Source of the DNA: Phycisphaera sp.
Lineage (GTDB): Bacteria > Planctomycetota > Phycisphaerae > Phycisphaerales > UBA1924
Assembly: GCA_020639255.1 (NCBI GenBank)
Contig: JACKGZ010000007.1
Coordinates: 125,573-189,572 of the forward strand
Direction: 5' to 3'
DNA: 64,000 nt
Shown here piece after piece: positions 8,933 to 20,033 of the stretch. Under the pieces are notes generated by a model. The model searched no databases. It was not told where the DNA came from and saw nothing but the letters and a program-made list of their open reading frames with translations. Positions within the stretch are counted from its first letter, which is position 1. Each line of letters starts with the position of its first letter. A program made the position numbers and the translations under genes.

Positions 8933-9592
8933 ATGAACACAACCACACGCACAGCCATGACCATCGCACTCGCCTCGCTCGCGGGCATTGCCGCCGCCGA
9001 GCCCGTCGACGGGGGCTACTTCGATCAGCCCACGTGCGACAACCACGGGCCGCAGACTTTCGTCGAGGAGTTCGGCGACGCGGCGATCTTCGCGCCGGAC
9101 GAGGCCTTCGAGCACGCCGCCACGTTCACGAATCTCTCGGCCTGTACGATGACCGACAGCCCGACACTGCCCAACGCGCTCGTGCAGATCACCAACCTGA
9201 CCGGCCGATTCCTGCAGGATCTGTACTACGTCGCCGACGAAGGCACGGCCTTCAGCAACATCGACGGCGGCGCGTTCGGCGCCGGTTCACCGACCGTCCG
9301 CACGCCGGCCTTCCGCATCGACAGCCTCGGGATGAACAAGAACCTCATCTTCGAGAGCATCACCGCCGACGGAATCCTCGAACCCGGCGAAACCTGGCAG
9401 TTCATCGTCCAGGACTACACAAACGGCTCGGGCCTCGCGCCGGACGCGCTCTTCAGCGTCGGACTCGCGGGCGACTCGCCAAACTTCGGCATCATGGACT
9501 CCTCGGCCAGCATCGTGCGGACGAACATCCCCGCCCCTGCTTCGTCGGTCCTCGGGCTGATGGGCCTCGCGCTGCTCCGCCGCAAGCGTTAA
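8933..9592 (+). CDS. Secreted protein with PEP-CTERM-like (PAP variant) C-terminal sorting tail, paralogue 1
   Basis: 219 aa. Signal peptide MTIALASLAGIAAA. C-terminus reads IPAPASSVLGLMGLALLRRKR (motif, TM helix, basic cluster). Confidence 0.8.
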   Translation: MNTTTRTAMTIALASLAGIAAAEPVDGGYFDQPTCDNHGPQTFVEEFGDAAIFAPDEAFEHAATFTNLSACTMTDSPTLPNALVQITNLTGRFLQDLYYVADEGTAFSNIDGGAFGAGSPTVRTPAFRIDSLGMNKNLIFESITADGILEPGETWQFIVQDYTNGSGLAPDALFSVGLAGDSPNFGIMDSSASIVRTNIPAPASSVLGLMGLALLRRKR

Positions 9593-9667
9593 CACCCTCA
9601 CCGCGCGTCGGCGACGGCTGGCCCGCGGATTTCCACGATCAGAAGCACTCTCCTCTCTCCCAGATGA

Positions 9668-9713
9668 CCGGCCCGGATGCGACCTCTCCATCGCACCCGG
9701 GCCGGGCGTTTTT
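9668..9713 (+). terminator. Rho-independent terminator-like hairpin after paralogue 1
   Basis: CCGGCCCGG (9668-9676) pairs perfectly with CCGGGCCGG (9697-9705), with inner TGCGA/TCGCA pairing. It is followed by GCGTTTTT. Confidence 0.55.
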
Positions 9714-9902
9714 GGAGAGCGAGTTTCATATTCAAACTGTCATGAGATTTTGTGTCGTGACGTGCGCACTCGCCGCGAATGTCTTACTGGAGCCGGGCGA
9801 GTGGAATCCGGCGAGGACGAACGAACAACCGAACGCCGGCACAAAGCTTGGGGGGGACCGCAAGCAACGGCGATCGCTGCAGACCTTCAAAGGAGCAATC
9901 AC

Positions 9903-10553
9903 ATGAATACCACGATTCGCAACGCACTCACGCTCGCACTGGCCACGCTCGCCGGTACCGCGATCGCCGAACCGATCTCGGGCAGCTATTTCGATATCGC
10001 AACATGCGACAACCACGGCCCGCAGATCGCCGTCGAAGAGTTCGGCGACCCGTCGATCTTCGCACCCGACGAGGCGATCGAGCACGTCGCGACCTTCACC
10101 TCGGCTACCGCATGCCCGATGACCGACGACCCGCTCAAGCCCAACGCGCTCGTGCAGATCACCAACCTCACCGGACGCTTCCTCGACAACCTCTACTACG
10201 TCGGCGACCCCGAGACCCGCTTCTCGAACGTCGACGGCCACGGCGTCGGCGCGGGAACGCCCGACATCGAGGGCCTCGCCTTCCGCATCGACACCCTCGG
10301 CATGAACCGCAACCTCGTCTTTGAGAGCATCACCGCCGACGGTATCTTCGAGCCCGGCGAGACCTGGCAGTTCATCGTCCAGGACTACGAGAACGCCGCC
10401 GGCACCGCGCCCGATCTCTTCTTCTCCGTCGGCATGGCCGGCGACTCGGCCGCGATCGTCAACTCCTCGGCCAGCATCGTCCGGATGGTTCCCGCCCCTG
10501 CGTCGTCGGTCCTCGGTCTGATGGGCCTGGCCCTTCTCCGTCGCCGGCGATAA
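9903..10553 (+). CDS. Secreted protein with PEP-CTERM-like (PAP variant) C-terminal sorting tail, paralogue 2
   Basis: ATG 9903 within ORF 9750-10553. Collinear with 8933-9592 (shared CDNHGPQ, ALVQITNLTGRFL, ESITADGI, GETWQFIVQDY). C-terminus reads VPAPASSVLGLMGLALLRRRR. Confidence 0.8.
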   Translation: MNTTIRNALTLALATLAGTAIAEPISGSYFDIATCDNHGPQIAVEEFGDPSIFAPDEAIEHVATFTSATACPMTDDPLKPNALVQITNLTGRFLDNLYYVGDPETRFSNVDGHGVGAGTPDIEGLAFRIDTLGMNRNLVFESITADGIFEPGETWQFIVQDYENAAGTAPDLFFSVGMAGDSAAIVNSSASIVRMVPAPASSVLGLMGLALLRRRR

Positions 10554-10635
10554 GTCCTTCCTCGCGGGCCCGCGACAGCGGTCCCGCGCGGCTTCCCGAA
10601 TGGAGCACTCTCACTCCCTCTCTCTCCCATGACGA

Positions 10636-10677
10636 CCGGCCCGGGTGCGCTCACTCTCTCCAGCGCGTCCGGGCCGG
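10636..10677 (+). terminator. Hairpin homologous to the 9668-9705 terminator stem (weak T tract)
   Basis: The same arms CCGGCCCGG (10636-10644) and CCGGGCCGG (10669-10677). The downstream sequence CCGCGTTCT has only a poor U tract. Confidence 0.4.
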
Positions 10678-10714
10678 CCGCGTTCTACCATCGACCTCAC
10701 ACGAGGGAGAAGCC

Positions 10715-12292
10715 ATGTCCGAAGCCAGCTCGAACAACGCCAACAAGTCCATGGACGACATCATGGCCCTCTGCAAACGCAGAGGGTTCATCTACCAGGC
10801 CTCGGAAATCTACGGCGGCATCAACGGCTTCTGGGACTACGGCCCCCTGGGCGCCCAGCTCAAGAAAAACCTCCGCGACGCCTGGTGGCAGGACGTCGTC
10901 ATGAACCCCTGCGTGGGGAGGCCCGGCCCCGACGGCGAGCCCGTCGAGATCGTGCCGGTGGATACCTGCATCATCCAGAACCCCAAGGTCTGGGAAGCCT
11001 CCGGGCATGTGGGCGGGTTCAACGACCCGATGATCGATTGCCGCGAATCAAAAGCACGCTACCGCGCCGACCACGTGCGCGCAATCTCCGGCAAAGGCAA
11101 GCGGAATGAAGCTCCGATCTTCGCGTTTCTGACCGACACACCGAGCGAGACCAAGCAGCGCAAAGCGGCAGCGAAGAAGTTCGGCAATGAGATCGAAGAG
11201 TTCGATCTGCTCGAACTCGGCACCGACTTTGCCAACGTGCTCGGCCCCGACGCCGACACGCTCGGGACACTCACTGAACCCCGCGCCTTCAACCTGATGT
11301 TCAAGACCTTCGTCGGCGCAACCTCAGCGCAGACCGACGAGAACGCGGCCTACCTCCGCCCCGAGACCGCTCAGGGCATCTTCATCAACTTCAAGAACGT
11401 CGTGGACACCACGCGCGTGTCGGTCCCCTTCGGCATCGCGCAGACGGGCAAGGCGTTTCGAAACGAAGTCACGCCCCGGAACTTCACGTTTCGGAGCAGA
11501 GAGTTCGAGCAGATGGAGATCGAGTTCTTCTGCCACGCCGACGACGCGAAGACGTGGTTCACGTTCTGGCGCGACTGGCGCTACCAGTGGTGGCAGGAGA
11601 TCGGCCTTGCGGGTGACAACCTGATCCTGCGCAACCACGACTCGGACGAACTGGCCCACTACGCCAAAGAGGGCGAGGGCACGAGCGACATCGAGTACCG
11701 CTTCCCCTTCACCGCGCCGGGCTTCGGCGAGCTCGAGGGCATCGCCCACCGCGGCAACTTCGACCTCACCCAGCACGAGGAGCACTCCAAAAAGAAAATG
11801 CAGTACTTCGATACCACCCGCGGGGAGCTGGCGCCCAATGGGCAGCCCAAGGGTGAGTGGTACACGCCGCACTGCATCGAGCCGAGCGCTGGTCTTGATC
11901 GTGGCGTGCTGGCGATCATCTGCGAGGCGTACACGCCCGACGAGAGCCGCGCAAGCAAGGTGTACATGAAGTTCCACCCGCGTGTCGCGCCGATCAAGGC
12001 GGCGGTCTTCCCGCTCGTCAACAAGGACGGCATGCCCGAGAAGGCCGCCGAACTCCACCAAGAGCTGGTGAAGAAGTTCGGGCACCTCGGCGCGATCGAG
12101 ACGGACGCGAAGCAATCGATCGGCAAGCGCTACGCCCGCATGGACGAGGCCGGCTGCCCGATCTGCTTCACGATCGACGGCGACACGCTGACCGACGGCA
12201 CGATCACGGTGCGCGACCGCGACACGGCCGAGCAGAAACGGATCCCGATGGCACAGGCCTCGGCGTATCTCGCCGAAGTGCTGGGCATGTAA
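10715..12292 (+). CDS. glyQS: Glycine--tRNA ligase (homodimeric GlyQS type)
   Basis: 525 aa. MALCKRRGFIYQASEIYGGINGFWDYGPLGAQLKKNLRDAWW, YLRPETAQGIF, FRNEVTPRNFTFRSREFEQMEIEFF. Confidence 0.95.
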   Translation: MSEASSNNANKSMDDIMALCKRRGFIYQASEIYGGINGFWDYGPLGAQLKKNLRDAWWQDVVMNPCVGRPGPDGEPVEIVPVDTCIIQNPKVWEASGHVGGFNDPMIDCRESKARYRADHVRAISGKGKRNEAPIFAFLTDTPSETKQRKAAAKKFGNEIEEFDLLELGTDFANVLGPDADTLGTLTEPRAFNLMFKTFVGATSAQTDENAAYLRPETAQGIFINFKNVVDTTRVSVPFGIAQTGKAFRNEVTPRNFTFRSREFEQMEIEFFCHADDAKTWFTFWRDWRYQWWQEIGLAGDNLILRNHDSDELAHYAKEGEGTSDIEYRFPFTAPGFGELEGIAHRGNFDLTQHEEHSKKKMQYFDTTRGELAPNGQPKGEWYTPHCIEPSAGLDRGVLAIICEAYTPDESRASKVYMKFHPRVAPIKAAVFPLVNKDGMPEKAAELHQELVKKFGHLGAIETDAKQSIGKRYARMDEAGCPICFTIDGDTLTDGTITVRDRDTAEQKRIPMAQASAYLAEVLGM

Positions 12293-12482
12293 GCCGCCCT
12301 CCGGGCGACGGTTCTGCCGGGATCTGACACCGAGACCGGGGCACCACCATTGCCCGCGGGCGGTTTCTGCAACCATCTTGCCGGCGAACTGAAAGCCAAT
12401 GCGGGGAATTCCGTAACAAGGCACCTATCTCGGCGTCTATGTTCACGGCGGCGGCGAATCGCCAAGGCGGGGGTACTCGGTC

Positions 12483-13781
12483 ATGAAGAAGGTCATCCTG
12501 GCCCTGCTGACGGTCATCGTCCTGCTCGTGGTGACGGCTCTGGTCGCCGGCCCGCTCGTCGCCCAGTCTGATTTCGTCAAAGAGATGCGGGCCAAGAGCA
12601 AGGACAACCGCACCAAAGTGCTCGTGGAGATGATCGAGCGGGGCGACCTGACCCGCACGATCAACGCCCCGGGCACGATCGAGCCCGAGAGCATGGTCGA
12701 CATCAGCGCTCAGGTCTCGGCCCGCATCGTCGCGCTGCCCTTCGAGGAGGGCGACGAGGTGCGCACGGGGGACGTGATCGTGCGCCTCGACGACCGCGAT
12801 CTGGCGGCGGCGCTCGACGCCGCCCGGGCCCGGGCCCGAGCCGAGGAAGCCCGCCTGACCGGCGCCGACGCGGACCTCGCCGAGGCACGCGCGGAACTCA
12901 CGCGTCAGCAAGGCCTGTACGAGACGAAAGACGTCTCGCTCGCGACACTCGAAGCGGCCGAGGCCCGGTACAAGCGCGCCGAGAGCAACCTGACACAGAT
13001 CACCGAGTCGATCGAGATCGCCAAGGCCCAGATCCGCCAGGCAGAGAAGGATCTCGACAACACCGTCATCACCAGCCCGATCGACGGCGTCGTGACGGCG
13101 CTCAACGCCGACGTGGGCGAGCTCGTCGTGATCGGCACGCTCAACAACCCCGGCTCGATCATCATGCAGATCGCCGACCTGTCCAAGATCCTCGTCCGCA
13201 CGCGCGTCGACGAGAGCAACGTCTCGCTCGTGGCGCAGGGCCAGGACGCGACGGTCTATCTCAACGCCTACCCCGACAAGAAGTTCAAGGGCAAGGTCCG
13301 GTTCATGAAGCTCCAGCGCGAGATCTGGCGTGACGGCTCGGGCTACGTCGAGGCCGAGGTGATGCTCGAAGACGTCGCGGGCGAGCGTCTCTACAACGGT
13401 CTCACCTCGAACGTCGATATCAGCGTGCAGACGCTGGCCGACGTGCTCAAGGTGCCCAGCCAGGCCGTGCTCGATCGGCGGATCGAGGACCTGCCCGACG
13501 AGGTCGTCCGCAACAACCCTCAGGTGGACCTCGCCAAGACGTTCACGCGCGTCGTGTACGTCTACGAGAACGGCAAGGCGATTGCCAAACCCGTACGCAT
13601 CGGTTCGAGCGATCTGACCGATACCGTCGTCCTCGCGGGAATCGGCGAGGGCGAGAAGGTCATCGTCGGCCCGTTTAGCGTTTTGCGCGAACTCAAGCAC
13701 GACCAGACCGTCGTCGACCGGACTGAAGTGCCCGACGAGGACGACAAAAAGAAAGCGGACAAGAAGAAGGGCGACGCGTGA
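12483..13781 (+). CDS. Efflux transporter periplasmic adaptor subunit (HlyD/MacA-like)
   Basis: 432 aa. N-terminal TM, lipoyl-like segments (GTIEPESMVDISAQVSARIVALPFEEGDEV; ITSPIDGVVTALN) and a long coiled coil. 4-nt overlap with the ABC ATPase. Confidence 0.85.
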   Translation: MKKVILALLTVIVLLVVTALVAGPLVAQSDFVKEMRAKSKDNRTKVLVEMIERGDLTRTINAPGTIEPESMVDISAQVSARIVALPFEEGDEVRTGDVIVRLDDRDLAAALDAARARARAEEARLTGADADLAEARAELTRQQGLYETKDVSLATLEAAEARYKRAESNLTQITESIEIAKAQIRQAEKDLDNTVITSPIDGVVTALNADVGELVVIGTLNNPGSIIMQIADLSKILVRTRVDESNVSLVAQGQDATVYLNAYPDKKFKGKVRFMKLQREIWRDGSGYVEAEVMLEDVAGERLYNGLTSNVDISVQTLADVLKVPSQAVLDRRIEDLPDEVVRNNPQVDLAKTFTRVVYVYENGKAIAKPVRIGSSDLTDTVVLAGIGEGEKVIVGPFSVLRELKHDQTVVDRTEVPDEDDKKKADKKKGDA

Positions 13782-14544
13782 GCATCGAGATCCGTGATCT
13801 CGAGAAGATCTATCGCCTCGGCACCGAGAAGGGCCGGGCGATCGAGGTCCGCGCGCTCGACGGCGTCAGCCTGCGCATCGAGCCCAACGAGTACGTCGCC
13901 ATCATGGGCACCTCCGGCTCGGGCAAGAGCACGCTCATGAACATCCTGGGCTGCCTCGACAAGCCCACAGCCGGCGAGTACCTGCTGTCCGGCATCCCCG
14001 TGCACAAGATGAGCACATCCGCCCTCGCCCGCGTGCGCAACGAACAGATCGGCTTTGTCTTTCAGAGCTTCGAGCTGCTCTCGCGCCAGACGGCGCTCAA
14101 GAACGTCACGCTGCCGATGGTCTACTCACGCCGGTACTGGCTCGGCGCCCGCAAGCGCGCCAAAGAAGCACTCGAGCGCGTGGGCCTGGGCGAGCGCCTG
14201 CACCACAGGCCCAACCAGCTCTCGGGCGGGCAGCGCCAGCGCGTCGCGGTCGCAAGGGCGCTCGTCAACCAACCCAGCATCCTGCTCGCCGACGAGCCAA
14301 CGGGCAACCTCGACTCGGCCACGACCAACGAGATCATCGCGCTCTTCGAGGAATTGCACACCTCCGGGCAGACGATCGTCATCGTCACGCACGAGGAAGA
14401 GGTCGCCGGCCACGCCAAGCGCATCGTCCGTCTGCGTGACGGCAAGATCTTGAGCGACTTCCCGACCGACAAAGATCCTGTGCACCAGGAGTTTCTGCGG
14501 GCCAAGGCCGCCACGGCCCAGCGGATGGCCGAGGCGGTGCACGC

Positions 14545-14548
<4 letters not shown>
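13778..14548 (+). CDS. ABC transporter ATP-binding protein (MacB/LolD-like)
   Basis: Walker A GTSGSGKST, signature LSGGQRQRVAVARAL, Walker B ILLADEPTGNLD. Confidence 0.9.
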
Positions 14549-15804
<1,256 letters not shown>

Positions 15805-15826
15805 ATCCGTTTCCTCCGGGGGCTCC

Positions 15827-17515
15827 ATGAACAGACACGCCTTGCCGCTCGCGACGCTCTCGCTCACCTGCACGGGCCTCTGCCTCGTCGGCTGCTCGGC
15901 GAACCTCTTCGCTCCCGTCGACTCGGACCTCGGCGAGCGCCTCACCGTCGAGCGCACGCGCGATGTCGGCTCGCTCGATCTCTCGGGTTTCGTCGCCGAG
16001 ACCCAGCCCGAGCCGGGCAAACAGGACCTCGGACCTCGGACTTCGCCGTTTGATGGGCTCACCGAACTGTCTCTGACTATCGAGGAAGCCCGGGCCGCGA
16101 CGCTCGCCAACAACCTCGACCTGAAGGTCGCGCTCGTGGACCCGGCGATCGAGGGCGAGAGCGTGAGCGAGGCAGAGGCCGCGTTCAACTCGGCCTTCAC
16201 GCTCCGCGGCCTCTGGGCGCAGACCGACACGCCCACCAGCTCATCGCTCAACGATGCCCAGGCCGAGCAGCAGAGCCTGACCCCCGGCGTGCGGATCCCG
16301 CTCATGACGGGCGGCTCGGCGAATATCTCGCTTCCGATGCGGCGCACCGAGACGAACAACTCGTTCTCCACGCTGAACCCCGCGTACACGAGCGATCTGC
16401 AGTTCAGCCTGAGCCAGCCGCTGCTCCGCGGCGCGGGTCGGCGCTCGACGACGCACGCCCTGCGCGTGGCCGCGATCAACCAGGACATCGCCGAGACGCG
16501 CACCAAGGCGACGGTCATCGCGCAACTCGCGTCCGCCGAGCGGGCGTACTGGCTCCTGTACGCGGCACGCCAGGAACTCGGTCTGCGTCAGGAAGAGTTC
16601 GAGGTGGCCCGCGAGGTGCTCGCGCAGGCGCAGCGACTCCTCGACGCGGGCTCGGTCGCCGAGATCGAGGTCATCCGCGCCGAGTCGGGCGTCGCCGACC
16701 GCCTCGACGCGATCCTCCGCGCCGAGCAATCGGTCTTGCTCCAGCAGCGCACGCTTAAGCGCGTGATGAACATCGAGGGTCTCGGCGTCGACTCGGACAC
16801 GGTCATCCTGCCCGCCAGCCCGCCCGACCCGGTCATGTACGAGATCGATCCGACCGAGCTCGCGGATCTGGCGATCGCCTCGCGAATGGACCTGCTCGCG
16901 CTCGAGCTCCAGCTCCTGGCCGACGCGAGCCAGATCGATTTCAACCGCAACCAGACGTTGCCCGTTCTGAACCTCGACGCCTCGTACACGATCAACGGCC
17001 TCGGCTCGAGCCTCGACGACTCGCTCGAAACGACGGCCGAGAACGATTTCGAGGACTGGTCGCTCGGTTTCTCGGGCGAGATCCCGATCGGCAACCAGGC
17101 CGCCGAGAGCAGGCTGCGCCGATCGGTGCTGTCGCGCATCCAGCGGATCGCCAGCAAGGCCAATCGAGAGCAGACGATCCGTCAGGATGTTTTCGACGCG
17201 ACCGACAACCTCCGCGCCGGCTGGCAGCGGATCCTGGCGTCGCAGCAGGCGGTCATCCTCAACACCCGCACCCTCGAAGCCGAACGCCGCCAGTTCGAGC
17301 TGGGCAGCTCGACTTCGACCGATGTGCTCGACGCCGCCAGCCGGCTCGTGAGCGCCCGCTCCGACGAGATCCGGGCGGTTGTCGAATACCAGATCGCCCA
17401 GCTCAACCTCGCCGAGTCGACGGGCATGGTCCTCGGGGCCGCCAAGATCCGCTGGGAGCCTTACGACACCGGGAGTGAGGAAGTCCGGGCCCTCGAGAAG
17501 GGCCGGCTCTGGTGA
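15827..17515 (+). CDS. TolC family outer membrane efflux protein (lipobox LVGC)
   Basis: 562 aa. Two internal repeats of the OEP helical pattern. Position downstream of the adaptor and ABC genes. Confidence 0.85.
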   Translation: MNRHALPLATLSLTCTGLCLVGCSANLFAPVDSDLGERLTVERTRDVGSLDLSGFVAETQPEPGKQDLGPRTSPFDGLTELSLTIEEARAATLANNLDLKVALVDPAIEGESVSEAEAAFNSAFTLRGLWAQTDTPTSSSLNDAQAEQQSLTPGVRIPLMTGGSANISLPMRRTETNNSFSTLNPAYTSDLQFSLSQPLLRGAGRRSTTHALRVAAINQDIAETRTKATVIAQLASAERAYWLLYAARQELGLRQEEFEVAREVLAQAQRLLDAGSVAEIEVIRAESGVADRLDAILRAEQSVLLQQRTLKRVMNIEGLGVDSDTVILPASPPDPVMYEIDPTELADLAIASRMDLLALELQLLADASQIDFNRNQTLPVLNLDASYTINGLGSSLDDSLETTAENDFEDWSLGFSGEIPIGNQAAESRLRRSVLSRIQRIASKANREQTIRQDVFDATDNLRAGWQRILASQQAVILNTRTLEAERRQFELGSSTSTDVLDAASRLVSARSDEIRAVVEYQIAQLNLAESTGMVLGAAKIRWEPYDTGSEEVRALEKGRLW

Positions 17516-17594
17516 TCGCCTGAAAAAACTTGCACCGATCGCGGAACCAGAAGTGAGCTCCGGTGTCTTACACAGGAGACTCACTCCTCTTCTT

Positions 17595-17636
17595 CGTCCC
17601 GGGTGCTTCGGCGAGCCCCGGGGCGGCTTCTTTTTT
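17595..17636 (+). terminator. Terminator-like hairpin between the convergent TolC-like and ATPase genes
   Basis: CGTCCCGGG (17595-17603) pairs with CCCGGGGCG (17617-17625; 9 bp including one G-U). The loop contains GCTTCGGC. It is followed by GCTTCTTTTTT. Confidence 0.5.
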
Positions 17637-17640
17637 GGAA

Positions 17641-19977
17641 TCAATCCAATACGTGGGGTTTCCACGCGAGCAATCGCAACGCATTGAGCACCACGACCAC
17701 CGTCGAGCCCTCGTGCAGCAGCACGGCCACCCCTAAATGAGCGAAGCCGAGCGCACCCAGCGGCGCGACGATCAGGATCACACCCAGCGCGATGACCAGG
17801 TTCTGCGTCACGATCTGGCGCGTCCGCCTGGCCAGCAGCACCGCGTCGGCCAGACGCGTCAGGTCCGTGCCCATGAGCGCGATGTCGGCCGTCTCCAGCG
17901 CGACGTCTGTGCCCGCGGCCCCCATCGCGACGCCCAAGTCCGCTCGCGCCAAGGCCGGCGCGTCGTTCACGCCGTCGCCCACCATCACCACGCCCTGCGC
18001 GCCCTCTCGCAGGCGATCGATCTCGGTGAGCTTCTGATCGGGCAAGAGGTCCGCGTGGATGTCGGTGATCCCGAGCTGCCCCGCCACGCCCTCCGCCGCC
18101 GCCCTGTGGTCGCCCGTGAGCAGCGACACCGACTTCACCCCGATCGACTGCAACTTGCGCACGGCCTCGGCGCTCGACGCCCGCACCTCGTCGGCGATCT
18201 CGATGAACCCGATCGCGCGATCGTCGCTCACCACCCACACCACGGTTGCGCCGGTCTCCGACGCGCTGATTGCCGCTTGCTCAAGAGCCACGTCCGCCGG
18301 CGCGTCCCGGCGTTTGCCCACGCGCACGACGCGCCCCTCAATCTCGGCTTCGGCGCCCACCGCGACGATCTGACGCGGGTTCTCGATACTGGGGAGCGGG
18401 ATCTCCTCGTGCTCGGCGGCCCGGACGATCGCCTCGGCGAGCGGGTGCGTCGCCTGCGTTTCGACCGCCGCCGCCATGCGCAGTATCTCGCGCTCGTTCC
18501 CGCCCGGGGCCGCGTGCGCGGCTCGCACCGCGGGCTTGCCCATCGTCAGTGTGCCCGTCTTGTCGAAGGCGTACACGTCCGCCTTAGCGAGTGTCTCCAG
18601 GTGCGCGCCGCCCTTGATGAGCACGCCCAATTTCGCTGATCGCGCCATCGCGCAGAGCATCGCCGCGGGTGTGCCGATCGCCAGCGCGCAGGGTGAGCCC
18701 GCGACGAGGAACGCCATCGAGCGGTAGAACGAATCGCCCCAGTCGAGCCACCCCGCCAGCGCCGGCATCACCGCCAGCACGGGCGTGATCGCAAGCACCG
18801 CTGGCACGTAGTACCGCTCGATCTTGGCGGTGAACAGCTCCGTGGGCGACTTGGCGGACTGCGCCTCCTCGACGAGTCGCATGACCTTGGCAATCGTGCT
18901 CTCGCCCGCGGGCTTTGTGGTGCGCACGACGAGCGGGCGGTCGCCGTTGATCGAGCCAGCGAGCACCGTGTCGCCCACGCCGAGGTCGACGGGCACGGGC
19001 TCGCCCGTGACTGGGGATTGATCGACCGGGGATGTGCCGTGGACGATCACGCCGTCGAGCGCGACGCGTTCGAACGGGCGGAGCGAGACGTGCGCGCCGA
19101 CCTCGACCTCTTCGAGCTTGAGCGTCCGCTCGTGGCCGTCCTCGTCGATCACACGCGCCGACTCGGGGGTCAGCTCGGCCAGGGCGCTGACCGCGCGCTT
19201 GGCGCGTCCGAGCGCCATGTGCTCGCCCGCGGCCCCGAGCCCGAAGAGGAAGAGCAGGAACGCGCCCTCCTCGTAATGCTGGAGTGCCGCCGCGCCCGCG
19301 GCCGCGACAAACATCAGGACGTCGACGTTCACGCGGAACTTCTTCAGGACATCGAGCGCCTCAGGGAATGTTTCCGTGCTCGCCAGAACGGCGCACAGAG
19401 CGAGCAGCGAGATCCGAAGCCACTCCGGCCCGCCCGCCAGGTGCACACCGAACCCGCTGACGAGCAGCACACCCGCGATGCACGTGAGCAGGAGATCCCG
19501 CTGACCCGCGATCGCGCGGAGCGCCGACTCGGCGAGCGAGAGCCCGTGCTGGAGCTTGGTCATCAGGATCGAGGGCCCGCCCTCGGGCTCGATCCGCGCG
19601 TCCTCCAGGCTCAGGCGGAACCCCGTGCCCGCCAGCGCGCTGGTCGTCTCGTGCAGCGGGCAGTACCCGCGCGCAAAGTTCAGTCGCAGCTCGCTCGTCT
19701 CGATCGACGCGTGCGCGTCGATCCCCTTGGCGTGGAGCCTGCGGTTGATCCGGCGCACGCCCGCCTGGTTCTTCAGGTTCGTGATCGGGACGACTAGCGA
19801 GAGCCGCTCGGCGCCCTCAAGATCCTGCCCGAGTTCGGCCTCGCTCCGCTTCTCGATCCAGCGCATCACGCAGCTCTCGCACTGCTCCGATTCCGGCGCG
19901 CACCCGTCGGGCAGACGCACGCGCAGCACGGGCAGGCTGAGCGATTGATCGGAATGGGTCGGCGGGATCGTCGTCAT
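17641..19977 (-). CDS. Heavy-metal translocating P1B-type ATPase (SPC / HEGST motifs, P1B-4-like)
   Basis: ATG 19977-19975 (MTTIPPTHSDQ) chosen inside the 990-aa ORF. TGEPVPV, AGSPCALAIGTP, FDKTGTLT, GDGVNDAPAL, HEGSTVVVVLNALRLL. Confidence 0.9.
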   Translation of the reverse strand: MTTIPPTHSDQSLSLPVLRVRLPDGCAPESEQCESCVMRWIEKRSEAELGQDLEGAERLSLVVPITNLKNQAGVRRINRRLHAKGIDAHASIETSELRLNFARGYCPLHETTSALAGTGFRLSLEDARIEPEGGPSILMTKLQHGLSLAESALRAIAGQRDLLLTCIAGVLLVSGFGVHLAGGPEWLRISLLALCAVLASTETFPEALDVLKKFRVNVDVLMFVAAAGAAALQHYEEGAFLLFLFGLGAAGEHMALGRAKRAVSALAELTPESARVIDEDGHERTLKLEEVEVGAHVSLRPFERVALDGVIVHGTSPVDQSPVTGEPVPVDLGVGDTVLAGSINGDRPLVVRTTKPAGESTIAKVMRLVEEAQSAKSPTELFTAKIERYYVPAVLAITPVLAVMPALAGWLDWGDSFYRSMAFLVAGSPCALAIGTPAAMLCAMARSAKLGVLIKGGAHLETLAKADVYAFDKTGTLTMGKPAVRAAHAAPGGNEREILRMAAAVETQATHPLAEAIVRAAEHEEIPLPSIENPRQIVAVGAEAEIEGRVVRVGKRRDAPADVALEQAAISASETGATVVWVVSDDRAIGFIEIADEVRASSAEAVRKLQSIGVKSVSLLTGDHRAAAEGVAGQLGITDIHADLLPDQKLTEIDRLREGAQGVVMVGDGVNDAPALARADLGVAMGAAGTDVALETADIALMGTDLTRLADAVLLARRTRQIVTQNLVIALGVILIVAPLGALGFAHLGVAVLLHEGSTVVVVLNALRLLAWKPHVLD

Positions 19978-20033
19978 GCGGGCTGACCCAATGGTAATTG
20001 GGCGAAGATGCCCCGGCGATCGGGCTGCAAACT

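Noticed and set aside
7975-8988. 337-aa minus-strand ORF spanning the 7979-8073 intergenic region and the 8074-8754 gene
   Set aside because: It is antisense to a better-behaved ORF and low-complexity Arg/Asp/His-rich, with no motifs.
12293-12482. 190-nt gap between glyQS and the efflux adaptor, examined for a terminator, riboswitch or small RNA
   Set aside because: It contains only a 5-bp CGCCC/GGGCG stem with a 3-nt loop right after the glyQS stop, and no convincing conserved structure. It cannot be supported without comparative data.
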